Shown here one piece after another: positions 45,192-59,400 of a stretch of DNA of 64,000 bases. The DNA lies in NCBI GenBank assembly GCA_012295275.1, contig CM022665.1:24304001-24368000 (forward strand), written 5' to 3'. The stretch is from Chrysomallon squamiferum (lineage: Eukaryota; Animalia; Mollusca). The notes beneath the pieces are model-generated. The model had not been told where the DNA came from. It made no database searches and saw only the letters and a list, made by a program, of their open reading frames with translations. The stretch's first letter is position 1; each line of letters opens with the position of its first letter. Position numbers and translations under genes: made by a program.

Positions 45192-45440
45192 GTCAGGAAG
45201 CAACAGGTTTGGGCACAGCTCCAGGTGTGTACTTAAGGGAGGATCCAATCTGTGGCACCCAGCTTGAAAACCAGAGTGAACTCAGAGCCCCGTCTGCAGA
45301 AAAAGCTTCCTACTACCTTGATGCGGCTTTAGCAGCAAGATCACCTATTGATGAAGAAGGAAGATCATCCCATGTGTTGTTTACACTGCATGTTTACCAG
45401 TACAGGATAGAAAAAGCCAACAGAGCAGGACTGCCAGGAG
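45192..45440 (+). CDS. KIF26: KIF26-like kinesin exon D ([50 protein letters not shown]...[18 protein letters not shown]...LPG)
   Basis: Acceptor tttttcag ends at 45191 and donor gttagt starts at 45441. The exon is 249 nt, phase 1-1. EDPICG, ELRAP and FTLHVYQYR are KIF26 motifs. Confidence 0.95.
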
Positions 45441-46579
45441 GTTAGTGTCTTGTCAGTTTTCATTGGTTCTTATTTCAAAAACTCTGCAGCATTTGAAAAA
45501 CAATTTTTGTTAGGAATAGTTTTTTTTAGGCTTTCTTTAATATATATTTATAAATTTGCCTGCAATTTGCATTGTTTTGTAGAGTTTTTTTCTTCTTAAT
45601 ATAAAACTAATATGATCATAAAGGAGATTAATATGACTTGCTGATTAGACTCTGATCACCATTAATATGCACCATAATCTGTTTCCTGCTCTTTGATAAC
45701 AAAAAAGGCACACGGTTGATGATAGTAACATCACACCACTCAATGTGTGGTCTCATCAGGCTTCTTCTCTGGTATCATGACTACGCAAATGTTTTGATGC
45801 CAAATAACTGTTAATATTAAATGTTGTGAGATCGCTCTAAAGAAACATTCACTGAGTATAATGATACATAACTCAATGTGTTTCAAATATCTGAGTTGAA
45901 GGTTAATGTGGATGAATACTTATTGATATGTATTTATTATTAAGTGCTGATTTTTAAAAGTGCCATGTTCCTGATTACCACTTTGATTATCCTTTTATCT
46001 TGATTTTAATTTTTTTATTTTTTATGATTTTATTTTTGCTGGTTCTTTTTATTAATTAGTTAATTAATTAATAATTGTTGTTATTATGATTATTATTATT
46101 ATTATTATTTATTAATTAATTATTGTTAATCATATTCATATTCATTATTACTGTGGAGGTTTTTCTTATCTGTTTTTATTTGCTTATGGCCTTCCCTTTT
46201 TATTTTAAAAATCATAATTGCTCTTCAGAAGTGTCTGATCCTGAAGTTCTTTTCACATTTTTTCAACATTAATTTACCTACTTCTCTCTCTCTCTTCCTT
46301 TTTTTTTTTTTTTTTTTTTGGCAAATCTACAGTAAGTGGTTTAAAGATAATTACCACCCATCCATGGTGTTTTGTTTCATGTGATGGTTACAGATGGAGA
46401 AACCATGCTCTGTTTGTGATGATAATGTTACATCAGACAAAGATTTGACACTTTTAGTAGTAGCTGGATTATTTTTCTTCTTGGTGTCAAACCTGATGGT
46501 GTATGTAATCTGTGGTAGAAGAGAATGTCTATATGATTTGTGTGTTGAAAGCATTCTTGACAAGAGAACCACCCAGTAA

Positions 46580-46614
<35 letters not shown>

Positions 46615-49387
46615 TTAAAAATGTTTCAGCTTACTAGTGGCATTTTGGTAAAGCCAGTGTCAGTTGGATATTGTTTATTTATTTATTTTTTTTTTTATTA
46701 TTATTGTTGCTTTTTCTTTTCTTTACTGTAAAGAATAATGATTATGAAAGTAATAGTACTATTTTTTAAAAAAAAAAAAAAAAAAGAATTAAAATTAAAA
46801 AGAGTACAAGAAAAAAGATTTTGAAGAAAACAAGAAACTTTAAAAAAATCTTCATTTGATTAAGTTTCACTTTTGATAAAATCTGGCATCTGTCAGTTTT
46901 CTGTGTTAAGTAATTTCCCACTCCACCCTTCTTTGTAGAAAAAAAAAATCATTTATAAAAAATATGTCATGTTAACAAGGTAGAAGTATGTAATGAATAT
47001 GCTGTTCAACAAAAAAAAAATTAATAGTTATTTACTTAAATAATATTTTATTTAATTTCATTTGTTTGCTTGTTATTTATTTTTCATTATTTTTTTTTAT
47101 AAAACATTAATAATTTGATTATTTATTTAACTGTTTTATATTTCATTTATTTATAATTTATATTTTATTTATTTATATATCCTCTTAAACTGACTTATAT
47201 ATATTTATATAAAAAAAAAAATAATAATAACTTTTTACAAAAAAATTTGAATGAATCATAAACAAATGTAAAATTATTATTATTTGTTTTGGGTTGGGTT
47301 TTCTTACCATTACAGGTGGTGTTTTTTAATTTTGACTACTTGTTTAACTTTGCTAACATTATATACCATCAGTTTAACCAGAATTGTTAATGACATTTCT
47401 AAGCAACCTTCCCAATTATTTATGTACTAATGCTGGCTCTTAAAATAAAAATACTAATACGTGCTGACAAATATTTGAACATGAAGGTAAGATTGGCTGG
47501 GATTCCATCCTCATGTAGAACACCTGAGAAAGGTGAGCTTTATCACCTGGAAAATCCATTTCCTAGACAACATACAGAGAAGTACATCAATTTCCTGAAA
47601 CAATTTAAAAAGTAAGAATGTTTTTGCCTGTAAATTTGTTTTTGGAGATGTCTGCCAACTTGGTTCTGGCCAGCTGGGAACTTAGTCAAGGTTTAACCAT
47701 TAAGAATTCCACTCCATGTGAGGCTGTACATGGGGCCAGTTGAATGAGTTAGGTAAATAAATAGATCTCTGTGTGTGTGTGTGTTTGTTTGTATTATGTG
47801 GATAGGTGGGTGTGTATATATGTATGTATGTATAATGCATGTACTATGTATGTATGTATATATTTACATATTTATGTATTTATGTATGTATGAATGAAAG
47901 AATGTACATATGTACAAATGTGTTTATGTATCAGCCTATAGATATAATGTATAAGATCAAGACTATACCAGGTCACACTGGCTTTAGGAACAGCTACAGC
48001 TAATTTGAATTTAGAGATGATTCATGGGATTGAACCATTTTTGTCTCTCTGGTGACCCCATGTTGCTGGGAGGGAGCTCACACACTGACAAATAAATCTG
48101 CCATTTTTAACTTTCCAATTAGAATTGATGAGTTTTTGGTTTGGACCCTGACAATGAATTGCCTAATAAAACTTGTTTTAAACATGGACTGGTGTTCAGC
48201 ATCATTCATCATAATAGGTGGATGACTGACATTTGTGATTGTTAAACTTTCTGAAATAGTTTTAAATATATACTTGAAAGTGAAATAACAGACCACAAAT
48301 TATTTTTTTACAGTTGCTCAGAGATATTTTTAGAATTAAAAGGGAATTCCTAATTAATCTGGGGAAAGTCATGAATTATTTTTAGATATAACTTTTTAAA
48401 TATTACTTGTCTTAAAATAATACAAATAAATGAATATTTTAAAAACACAGTATATCCAATTCAGATTTCTAACAATATTTTTTATAACAAATTAGATGAA
48501 CCAGTATATATTTTAATGCCACTTCAACATTTTAATATGTTTGTGGCATAAATTATGGGGAAGAAATCCACTCATATTAATGATCATTAGATATCAATCA
48601 AATGTTTCCAGCATAAAAATTATGATGATATTATAGAGGATCCCCAGTGTTTTCCTCCATGGGATACTTTTATTAAAAATGATTTAAGGATATTTCATTA
48701 ACATTTTCCTAGAGCCTTTGACAAACCAGTCAAATTGCATTGGTCAAAATGGGAAACTGAGATAAAATAATTATATGTAAGGAGACAAAGCAACTGAAAG
48801 AAAAATATAATTATAGACACATACAGGTAAATGAACAGAAAGAAGAAGAAGAAAAAAAAATTATTACTGTTATCATCATCATCTTTATTATTATTATTAT
48901 TATTATTAAATTTTATTGCTGATAAAGACATTTAAATATCCAAGTTTTTAATTTAAAAATTAAATTATTTATTTCTTTTTACTATTTTTCCTTTTATTGT
49001 GCTATTTATCAGGGTTTTTTCTTTTGACAAAATGTCAACATTTTACAAACTAATCTTCTTCCTCACTCTTACATCAATCCCATTTTTTTTAATGTTTTTT
49101 TCTTATGCCTTGTGCAAGTTGCAGAAATTCCACTAACTTTCACTTTCACTTAAGCATGCACATGTTTAACATGGAGTAATGAATTATTTGATTTATGGGC
49201 TTTGTACATGGAAATGAACAAGCTTAGACAAAAAGGAATGTCCATGTTTCATCATCTCATTAATCTCCATTTATTTCCATATCAAAATATTTTACACAGT
49301 ATTATGCTCGTTTTCTTCTTTTTCTTTTTTGTTTCTAAACTGAATCCTATTATTATTTATTTATTTATTTATTATTTTTATTATTTA

Positions 49388-49392
<5 letters not shown>

Positions 49393-49438
<46 letters not shown>
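49393..49438. repeat. (ATT)n microsatellite
   Basis: Direct reading. Confidence 0.95.
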
Positions 49439-50197
49439 TTTAAGCTTTATTTTAGAATCAACACTCCGAAATTAAAAAGCATTTTTTGAATATTTATTTT
49501 TTCTATATTTTTTTAATTTCTTCATTATTTCTGTTCTTCGTTACTAAACGTTCATTCAGTTATTCGTGGAAATATTATAACAGATACATACTTTATATAT
49601 TTTAATTATAATTCTGTCATTTTAATGGTTAAAATCACAGGTGTAATTAATAATGAAAGCATGATTTATTATTTAAACCAGTTTAAGTTGGTAATAACAT
49701 AATGTAAAACCAGCACCAGGTTTTCAGTGGCTCCCAGATGAACATGTTAACATGCAATGGGTCAAACAGGGTGTGAGAGGTGAGTGATACGCATGACCTG
49801 GTACAATAGCAGTTTAGTCTATCCTCCCAGACGATATCACCTTCACTGATGACAAACTTAATCACCATGGAAATAAAGCTGCCATCACTGCATGGCATTA
49901 GCATGGAGGAGGGATACTCTTTCCTTTTCTTTTCTTTTTTTTTAACAGGAATTGGTTTTACCAGACATCACCTGGCTGTAAAACTTTTCTTCATTTTTCC
50001 TCTCATTTCCTCTATTGTAATCATTCATGCATGACCAAGAGGAATTTTTCAAAACACATCACCATACATACGTTGAAAAGTCTGTGATGTAACACGTATT
50101 AGTGTTGATATGTACTGTCCTGCGATGTGTCTTAAATTTATAGCACTGTTTTATGGTTCTCTTAGAAGTCTTGTAATCAAAAGAACTTTAGAGCATA

Positions 50198-50240
<43 letters not shown>

Positions 50241-50498
50241 GATCTATTTAACATCTGGGTTTTCTTTTGGTGGCTAAATCCCTTAGGAAAAACTGTGGTG
50301 TTTTTTTAAATAAATTTTAAGTGATTTGCTGTGTGTGTTTCAATGGGCATACTCTGTGATTTGTTATGTAAAAGTGATTAATAAACAGTTATTCATCTAA
50401 ATAGCATATGTTTAAGAAAAATAGTAGACTGATACTCTCACATAAAGATAGACACTCAGTCTTCCTCACATACAAGCACATAGATAATTACCCACATA

Positions 50499-50530
<32 letters not shown>

Positions 50531-51973
50531 TCTATACATAAAACATATACAGACTGAGAGGATGTTAAATAGTAATACACAAAAACATTTCACTGATTAA
50601 ATAACATCAAACTATAAGTAAAATGTAATGTCACAAGGATACTAATTACTAAACAATCATATCTAAGCTCTGTTACACAGTTCAAACTAATATTACATTC
50701 CTTTAACTGGCCATTAACTTCAGTTTATGTTATTTAATTTGTTATACAAAAAGGTTACAAAAATATCCTGGAATATGAAAATATTTGTAAATAAATTAAC
50801 CACAAAATGAAAATATTTTGCTAGACTGGTAACAGATTAGAGAAGTATGTATCTCACAAGTTTGTTTATTTATCTTGTATGGGTTTTCAGTTGGGATAAT
50901 TTCTCAGATAGCAACATCAGAACTGATTTTCTGATACAGAAGAATGGGGTAAATTGTTGATTCAACTGATTCCAATTTGGCCACTGATAAAGTTTGAACT
51001 GAGAGATGGAGTAGACAGTGATGTAACTGTTGTAGTGAGGGTTTTCTGATGGCAAAACCATTAAACCAAATGGCTTTTAGAGTTAAGAAGAAACTCTTCA
51101 AAATATCAACAAATCTTTAAAATTTTGTATGGAAATACCAAGCAAGGTCTGGGATAATAGACAATAATATAATCTGTTATATTATGAAGTTTTTCTGAAG
51201 CAGTGTTTTGACCAGTTGGGATCCCTAGTGTTTATAAATGAAGCAGTTTTCAGATAAAAATTATATTTTAAGTAAAGCAACAGATCACATATTTCTTGTA
51301 CATAATGGCATAAATTGTTGCCAGTGTTTTGAAAATTTCTGTTACAAGTGCTATTTGGCTTGTCTGAAGAAGATGGACAGCTGATAGAGACCTGAAAAAA
51401 CCATCTGTGAAGTGTTGAACTTTACACTCTGTGGCTAGACATGTTGTTTTTGGAAATGGCCTGCCTCTTGTGTTAAGAATTTCAACACTGCCCCCTTCAC
51501 AGATAGAAGAGGCTTCTGAATTTTGTGCTGAAGGGAAAATGTTCAGAATGTCCAGTGACTAGTTTTTGAGTAGTGCTGTTTTGATAGTTTAGCTATTAAT
51601 ATACTTTTTATTTGCTGCAAGTGTTTGAAGTTGTATTCTTTTTTTTTATGAGATTTATAATGAGTTTTGAAAAGTGATCAGTTTGTTTTCAAAACTCATT
51701 AAATTCAGGTATATATATAATTTGCCAGTCACTTTTTCTCCTCTCTTTTTCTCTTTCTTGCTCTTTCCCTCTATTTGTGTGTCTTTCTGTCACCAAGTTT
51801 CTGTCTCCCTCTCTCTTCATTTCTTTCTCTGTTTGTCTGTCTTTCTGTCAGTGTAGAAATAAGCATGATCAAATAAACTATCCAAAAGTTAGTTCCATCA
51901 TGCCTACTAGAGTGTTATGTAAAAATATTGTATAGCTCATTAATTAACTTGTGTTTCAATTTCGATATTTCAG

Positions 51974-52118
51974 TTGCTGGGGGTAGAAGCCGACTTCATC
52001 TCATAGATTTGGGCAGTACATCAAAATCAAAGGATCCTAACAATGTCGGACTCAGTTTGTCTGCTCTTGGCAATGTCATCATGGCTTTGGTGAATGGCCA
52101 GCGCCATGTACCTCACAG
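51974..52118 (+). CDS. KIF26: KIF26-like kinesin exon E ([49 protein letters not shown])
   Basis: Acceptor tttcag ends at 51973 and donor gtaaat starts at 52119. The exon is 145 nt, phase 1-2. It contains the switch II region (LIDLGS) and SLSALGNVI. Confidence 0.95.
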
Positions 52119-54200
52119 GTAAATGTTTTTTATATTTATTATTTTAGAAAGATTTTCCATTAGCTTTCATTTCAGTTTCTCTGATTCTTTTTTTTTTCTT
52201 TCTTAATTATTATTATTATTAATTTATCCATCTTTGCATAATGTTCAAATTGTAAACCTCAAATAGTTATTGCGAACAAAAATGTAATTTGCTGTCTCTT
52301 TAGCACATACAGGAGCTTTAGTGTGTGCTTCTAATCAAAGAATGTAATTAAACTGATATTTCTTGACAGGTGCCATTAGTTTACATCAGAGAACATGAAT
52401 TATGTTTTTGTTTTTATAAGAGAATTTTACTAGTAATAAGAAGATTTTCTTCAATTATTTAATTAATAAAATCTCTTATTGCCTAGGGATTTGCGTATAT
52501 TCTCAAATAATTTACATTTTAAACCTAGAAAACAGATTTGTTTGATTATTTATTAAATATATAATTAATGTCCCAGATATATGTAACACAGAGCTTATAA
52601 AATACCCTGACCCCTGTTTGAGGTGGAATTCAGTCCTATTACTCCCCTGGTTTCCACTCCCTCCCTCTTTTCAGTCTCTTAGAAATGACAATCTGGAAAG
52701 CATCAAATGTTTAGCTGTATTAAACTATCACTGGCCACTTAATGGTGTAAACAAGCCACACTTCCAAATGTCAACATCAGCCCCAAGGTCTCCTCACTGT
52801 TCTTTTCAAGCATAATAACATGGCCTGTTCAGATCCTTGGAGAGAGAAAAGAAGGAAAGAAAAAAAATACAAGAATTTACCAAAACAACACAGCTGGTTG
52901 GCTGAGATCTTACTGTTTGGACTGCTAGCCAGACTGCCGCTGAATTAAAGCAGCATACACTACTGAGGTGTAAATTATTCAACTTTTTATCACTGGAGGA
53001 AATTCTGCAATCTGACCTAGAGGTGATGTTAGGATCGCTTCGTTTGGCATTGGCATCAGTTATCTGATTGAAGACTTGTTGGACATGTTGTCTTGTCAAT
53101 TCCCATCATCTCAAACACATCTCTTAGATCACAAGAAAAGAAAACGATCATGGTTTCAGCACAGTGTCTTTCCTATCATTTTCTTCTGTTGCACTTTGAA
53201 ATACAAGAGATTGCTTGATAATCTTTTGTTTTGTAACTGACGTAATTCAGGAGATAGTGAACTAATCTTGTAATATCAAGAATAAATTTGTAATCAGACC
53301 CAGCAAAAATAAGACATCAGCTTATGAGTGTCATCAAAATCCTTTCATTAAAATACTGAAGGCCTCCATGCTGCTAAAATGTTGGGTTTTTTAAATCTCA
53401 GATATCAAATTTCACATATGATAACTAGCCCATTTTAATTACTGAGACTCCATATATATATAATCTTTATGTCAGAATGGGGAAAAAAGAGACACTGCTA
53501 CTATGAATTAGCTGTGATCTTTCAAAAGTAATCAGGTTTATATTTTACTGTCTAAAACTATGTATCCTAAGTTTTTAATTCAAAATTAAATATGCTAATC
53601 ATGATTTGTTCAGTAACATTTAAATACATGACAGGTGGGTAAATAAGTAAAGAAAATAGGTAAATAGGTAAAGTTGTACTGATAGGAATAAATACTCATT
53701 GTAATTCATAACCCTCCATAATTATTCTTTAAGCAATAACACTTTATTAATCTGGTGGTTCAGGCTTTATTTCCACTACAGAATCACTGTGTCAGGCTGC
53801 TGTTGTTTGCTTTGTAAGATAGAATCTGCTATTTGTTTTTGTCTGAATCTTTCATTAGATTAATGGTTTATTTAATGTAATTCTCATGTATTCTTCTTTT
53901 ATTTCTATTTTCATTTTTTTTCTCATTTTATTTTTTTTTTTTTTTCCCTGAATTTAGCAATTTTTATTCTGTGGTAATTCTTTTTTTCTCTCATTTAATT
54001 TTTCAATCATTCTTTGAAAAAACAAAAAAACAAAACAAAAAAAAACAACATATATAATTTTTTTATAAAAATGTTTATAAACTAAATATGATGATACATC
54101 TCTGGGCTGATGACTGGAGTATCACACAATGCAATCAGTTACAACTAATCCCTTCAAATGATTTTGTTAACATAAAGTTGGAAAAATTAATAACACTCAT

Positions 54201-54238
<38 letters not shown>

Positions 54239-56054
54239 TTAAATCAGTGGTTACACTGTGGTGAAATTTTTTTTTCCTCTGAACCCACTAGTCTCATAAA
54301 TACTCTTAAATCTGAAAAATCTGCCATCACCATTGGTCAAGGAAACCTATAAACTTTGTTTTATCATCAGATTCATTAGAACCATTCACAATTAGTGACT
54401 CACAAATCTTGATATGGTTTGCGAATTCCTTCCGTGTAATTAGAATTTGTCATGTAGCTACATCAGCAGTACTCTTGTTCTCTAAGAATTATTTATGGGT
54501 GCAGCTTGCTTATTTATAACACGGGGAAACTTGCAAAAGTGACCGTTTTCTCGAGTGAAGGTCGGTTTATGATGTTAATGTGTCCGGTGGGAACTGAAAG
54601 CAATTATTATGAATCTAATTATGACTGTGATATCGGGGCCATAAAAATGATGTGGATACACAAATGAGGAATGTAATCAGGATTATAATCGTTTATGCTG
54701 CATAAATTTGCTTCACACAGTGGTCACTGGAAAATTACTAAAGGAATGTAATTGAGGTAGCTAGTAGTGGGGTTGGTGATTGCCTTGGTAGTGGTAGTGG
54801 TGGTGGTTGCAGTTACTGGTAAGGGGAAGCAGATGGCTGTATTCAGAAGGGAATGTCTTCCAATTAAACATTTTATAGTCTTAGTTTGAATATGATTAAA
54901 AGTTATTAGTTATCTTCAGTTTAAGTGTTGTTGGAGAAATTGAGGATGTAGTGGTAATAGCTGATGATGATCTGGATAATGGTGATGATGATTATTATTA
55001 TTATGATTATTACTATTACTACCACAGTTTATTAAAAAAAAGTAATTAAAAACTGAGTTAATATGAAATGACATTGTTTTCACAGGTTTTTATAATAACA
55101 GTAGAAAATTAAAATATTTTAAGAGAGAAAAAACAACCATTTGCAGAAACAATATCCAGCTAGAAGGATAATTTAAATATCTATCTCTCTTTAAATCTTT
55201 ATGTTTTGTGAAGATATACTAAAATTTCACATGCCTAAAATAAATGGTTTAAAAATAATAATAATAATACTGAAATCTCTGTTTAGAAATGTTGATAATA
55301 TCAAAACAAAACAAATAAAAGCAAAATGAAGGCACAGACTTTCCCTTTACATGTGTATTTTTTTTGTTGGGGCTTTTTTTTTTTGTGAATTTTATTTTAC
55401 TAACATTTCACAGACCAAAAAAAGAAGGAAGAAAAAAATCTTTAGCAATAACACTGTAATTCTGTATACAGACCACCTGTTTTTTAAGTTTACAAACACT
55501 TCACAGAAGAAAAATATAACAAGAATTCTCCCTGTTTAGATAAGTTAGTAGATCAACAGTGAACAGTTAAAATAAAAAGTACAAATCAGCAATAGCTTTT
55601 TTTTTTTTTTTTTTTTTTTACATTTTGTGATAGAGAATTAAAAACATTCTACCAGGCTTGTGGCAATATTGTCACTCAAGTCTTCATTACAAAACATACA
55701 ATTCACACTGGACTGAAAAGCTTCAAGTCTTAAGATATTAAATCCACTTGTTTGTACATTCATATCCACCTTACTTTCAAAACTACACTGGTATCCACAT
55801 TTGATAACCTGAGGTGTTCTTATGGATTAACCTTTTTACCCTGTGTGCAATTTCTTTTCTGTGAAGCAGTCAAACGTCACAACATTTCTCGCAGACTCAA
55901 TATTTTGATGAACTCTCAGTGTTGCAGAGAAAACTCCTGGAGGGAAAAAAATTGGTAATGTGAACACTTTAATCAAGAGAGGTTTGTTGTACGTGCCTAG
56001 TATGTGCTGAGAATTGGGGAGTTGCTTATCACTTGCTACAGTCAGTATTAAAAG

Positions 56055-56420
56055 GGAAGCTTTGGCACACTGTAGATGCTTGGGTTTTTGTAAGCTTCGT
56101 TTCTCAATAAATTTCTGTTAGAAAAATATTCAGTGAAAAAGAAATTAATTTAAAAATCTTTTTTTCCTTCTCTTCTTTTAATCATTGTGAAATGTAAGTG
56201 TTGTAGTTTATGTGAAGCCTTTCATTGTAAATATTTGGGTTTCATAAGGTTTGGTTTCTCAGTGAATTTCTTTTATGAAAATATTTTTTAAAAATAATAA
56301 AAAAGATTATTAATTTTTTTTTTTTAAATAATTGTAGTTAAGGCATTTCTCTGTAGATACTTGAGTTTTCATTATCGTGGTTTCTCAATGAATTTCTGAT
56401 ATAAAAAAAATATAATTTTT
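56055..56420. repeat. Three-copy decayed repeat, unit about 140 bp
   Basis: tgta(g/a)at.(c/t)ttg(g/a)gttt...gtttctca(a/g)t(a/g)aatttct recurs near 56071, 56226 and 56352. Confidence 0.65.
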
Positions 56421-59400
56421 TTTTATTTACTTATTTTTTTATGTTTTTTTTATGACTGTGATAGCTGAGTTTTGTAGTTTACAGAATATAAAACTTTTCA
56501 GAAAAGAATCTTAAAGTATCTACAAAAAATATTAATACTAATAAATAAATAAAATAATAATAAATAAATAAAATTACAAAATTACAAATGAAAATAAAGT
56601 ATGTTGTGGTGTTTCTTGTTTCATATTTATGTGTATACAATCCACTTTACATGCATCATATTGTTATTTTTTATTTCACTTTTTAATATTATTTTTCTGA
56701 AATACTGTTCTTTTAAAGTCATCATACTTATTTTTTTAATGTATTGTAATTCAGTTATTTTTATTTTCATATCTTTCAAAAAACCCATAAAAAAATAATC
56801 TAAACAACCAATTTGTTAACAAGGAAAAAAAATATATATGAACAACTGATTTGCTTCTTGATTAATGAATATTTGTTGTCAAGAAAATCCGTTTAAATAT
56901 AATTTGGCCCGAGACAGAGGCTGAAACCTATCTAGACTGGTTACAATCAGCTTCCTTTGATTGTATGGGACAAATTGATGCTGGATCTGCTTGGTGAGGT
57001 GGACCAAAGGAAATAAAGATAAGAAATCAATGTTTAGTGAATTGTGGCAAATTGACCCAGCAACCTTGGCCAGATTAAACAGGAATAGTTGTCTGGATGG
57101 TGGTATTTGGACGGGTCTTTAAGGACCCATTGGAAAAATCTGTCATCATTTGCATGCTTTTGAAGTAAGAATGATGCCTAGTTTTTAATGTTTAAATTTA
57201 TGTTCATGCTGCTGATTGCATTGCCCGTTGTTGACCAAAATAAGACCTTGGGTGGCAGTGACAAGGACACTTTGCTGAAGTAATAAAGCCATTTCTTCCC
57301 AAATAAGTGTAATTTGGTGGATATTTCATCCGTGTTAAGAAATATATCTCAATTAAAAAGCTGTTTGCACACTCTGAGGAAATCACAGGCGTTTGTTGTC
57401 GAGTTCTTTGGATAAAAATCTGATTCTTTAATCTCATACTTTAGCTGTAGGTTTTTATTTCTGTTTTTAATATTTTTTTTTTTTTTTTTTTTTTTTCATT
57501 TTCATTTTATTAATATTACTTTTTCTTTTTCTTCTTTTTCTTAATAAAATATTTTCTTTTTCTTTTTTTTTTTTTTTTTTTCTTTATTTCTTTATTTCTT
57601 TATTTATTAATTATTATTATTATTATTATTACTGCCTGTTTACTTATCTCATTTGTCTTTCTGGAATTCTCTAAAGAAACTAAATATCAATATATTTATA
57701 AAAGAAGGTTCTGATCATGTAGTCTTAACAGGACTGCAATACTTCCAGTCATCACAGTTCTAAACACAGTCTAAGTAACACTATATACTTACTTCACTTA
57801 CATTTTAAGTGACCATTGTAAACACCCATTCACAATAAAAACATACAGCATATCTCTTATATGTGTTATATTTTCCATCTTCTTAACAAAATTATAAATT
57901 CCATTTCTGAATTTGATTCCTTTATTTCCTGTCTTCATAATCCGGTGCCTGTCTGTTTCTATACAAATTCACTATATACATAACCCACTACAAATTTTCA
58001 TGATACAATATGTGTCTATTATGCATTTCTGTTACAGTACAATTGCCCTATCTTTACAATATTCGAATGCATTATCCCAATGCTTGTCTGTTACTGTACA
58101 AATGTCCTGTCTTTGATAACTAAAGGCATGTCTATCACTGTACAAATTTCCTATCTTCATAACAAAATGCATGTATGTTAGTGCCCAAATTGCCATATGG
58201 AATATGTTGAACATGGGCTTGGCACCGAGGCCATTCTCATCAAGTTTATGTGACAAGTTTTCTCTTCACTCTGTCTCCAGATCAATGATTGTCATTTTCC
58301 CAACACTCAGCTGTTGCTGTCAGGGTCACTTTTAATGGTAGACCTCAATTACACACTTCTTAATCAAAGGCCTATGCTGACTTTTTGGTAGCCGCCAGTT
58401 CTCTGAGCTTTTTCATATGAGATGAAAAGAAATTCTTTTACTATTTTTTTTTTCTTTTTTTAAATTGAAGAGATGACTAGTTGGGCTAAATGTATTTCTG
58501 GTTATCATTTATTGATGGAATATTATTGTAATGATAAAATGGAAGTGTATTTTATCTTATGGGACCATTATTAAATTTTGTTCTTTTTTATTTTCTCTTT
58601 TTTTATATATATATATTTGGATTTATGATCTATGAAATGAATATCTGTTTAAAGGTTTTTGGTGTTTTGAAATGTTGATACAATTAATTTATGATCTATA
58701 ATTAATTTTAATTGGGTTTTTACTGCATATTAATCACCTTAAAAAAAAAAAAAAATTAAAAAATTCTGATCTAATGGATCATTGAATTAAATAACTTTTC
58801 CTGCATTATGAATTATTTAAGAATTTTGTTGCAGTTTAGAAATAACTAATTTTGACTGAGTGATTAAAATTATCAGTAAAAAAAACTCAACATTTTATTC
58901 AGAATGAAATATTAAAGGTTAATATAATTAAGAAAATTTAATGATAAAACAAAAATACTACACTTTTACCTCTGTACTTAAAAAACATTTTTTATTTTGT
59001 ATAATAATTCTAACTTTAAGCTATCGATTCTACAGTATTTAATAATAATACTGAAAATGCTTATTATTCTCTGTAATTCTAATGTACACTTCAGTTAAAG
59101 CTGAAAGGATGGCAGATTACTTTATTTTATTTATTTATTTATTTATTATTATTTTTGCTTAGTCATTTGGGTATAAAAAAAAGAAGATATTTATTACATA
59201 ACAAAATCCACACAAATTCCATTTAAAAATATTTGACAAATAATATTTAAGTGGCTTAAAATTTCAATTATCAATACTCATAAAAAAAAAAATTGAAATC
59301 AGCCTCAAAGGGAAATAGAACAGATAGTGATCATTTAATGTTTTAAATTTACATTCTGCTTGTTTATTTGTGTTACACTGTTCTCTGTCTGGAGTTAGAT

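Noticed and set aside
57113-57128. Short inverted repeat gggtc-tttaag-gaccc
   Set aside because: A 5-bp stem is expected by chance and is too short for a miRNA or other structured RNA.
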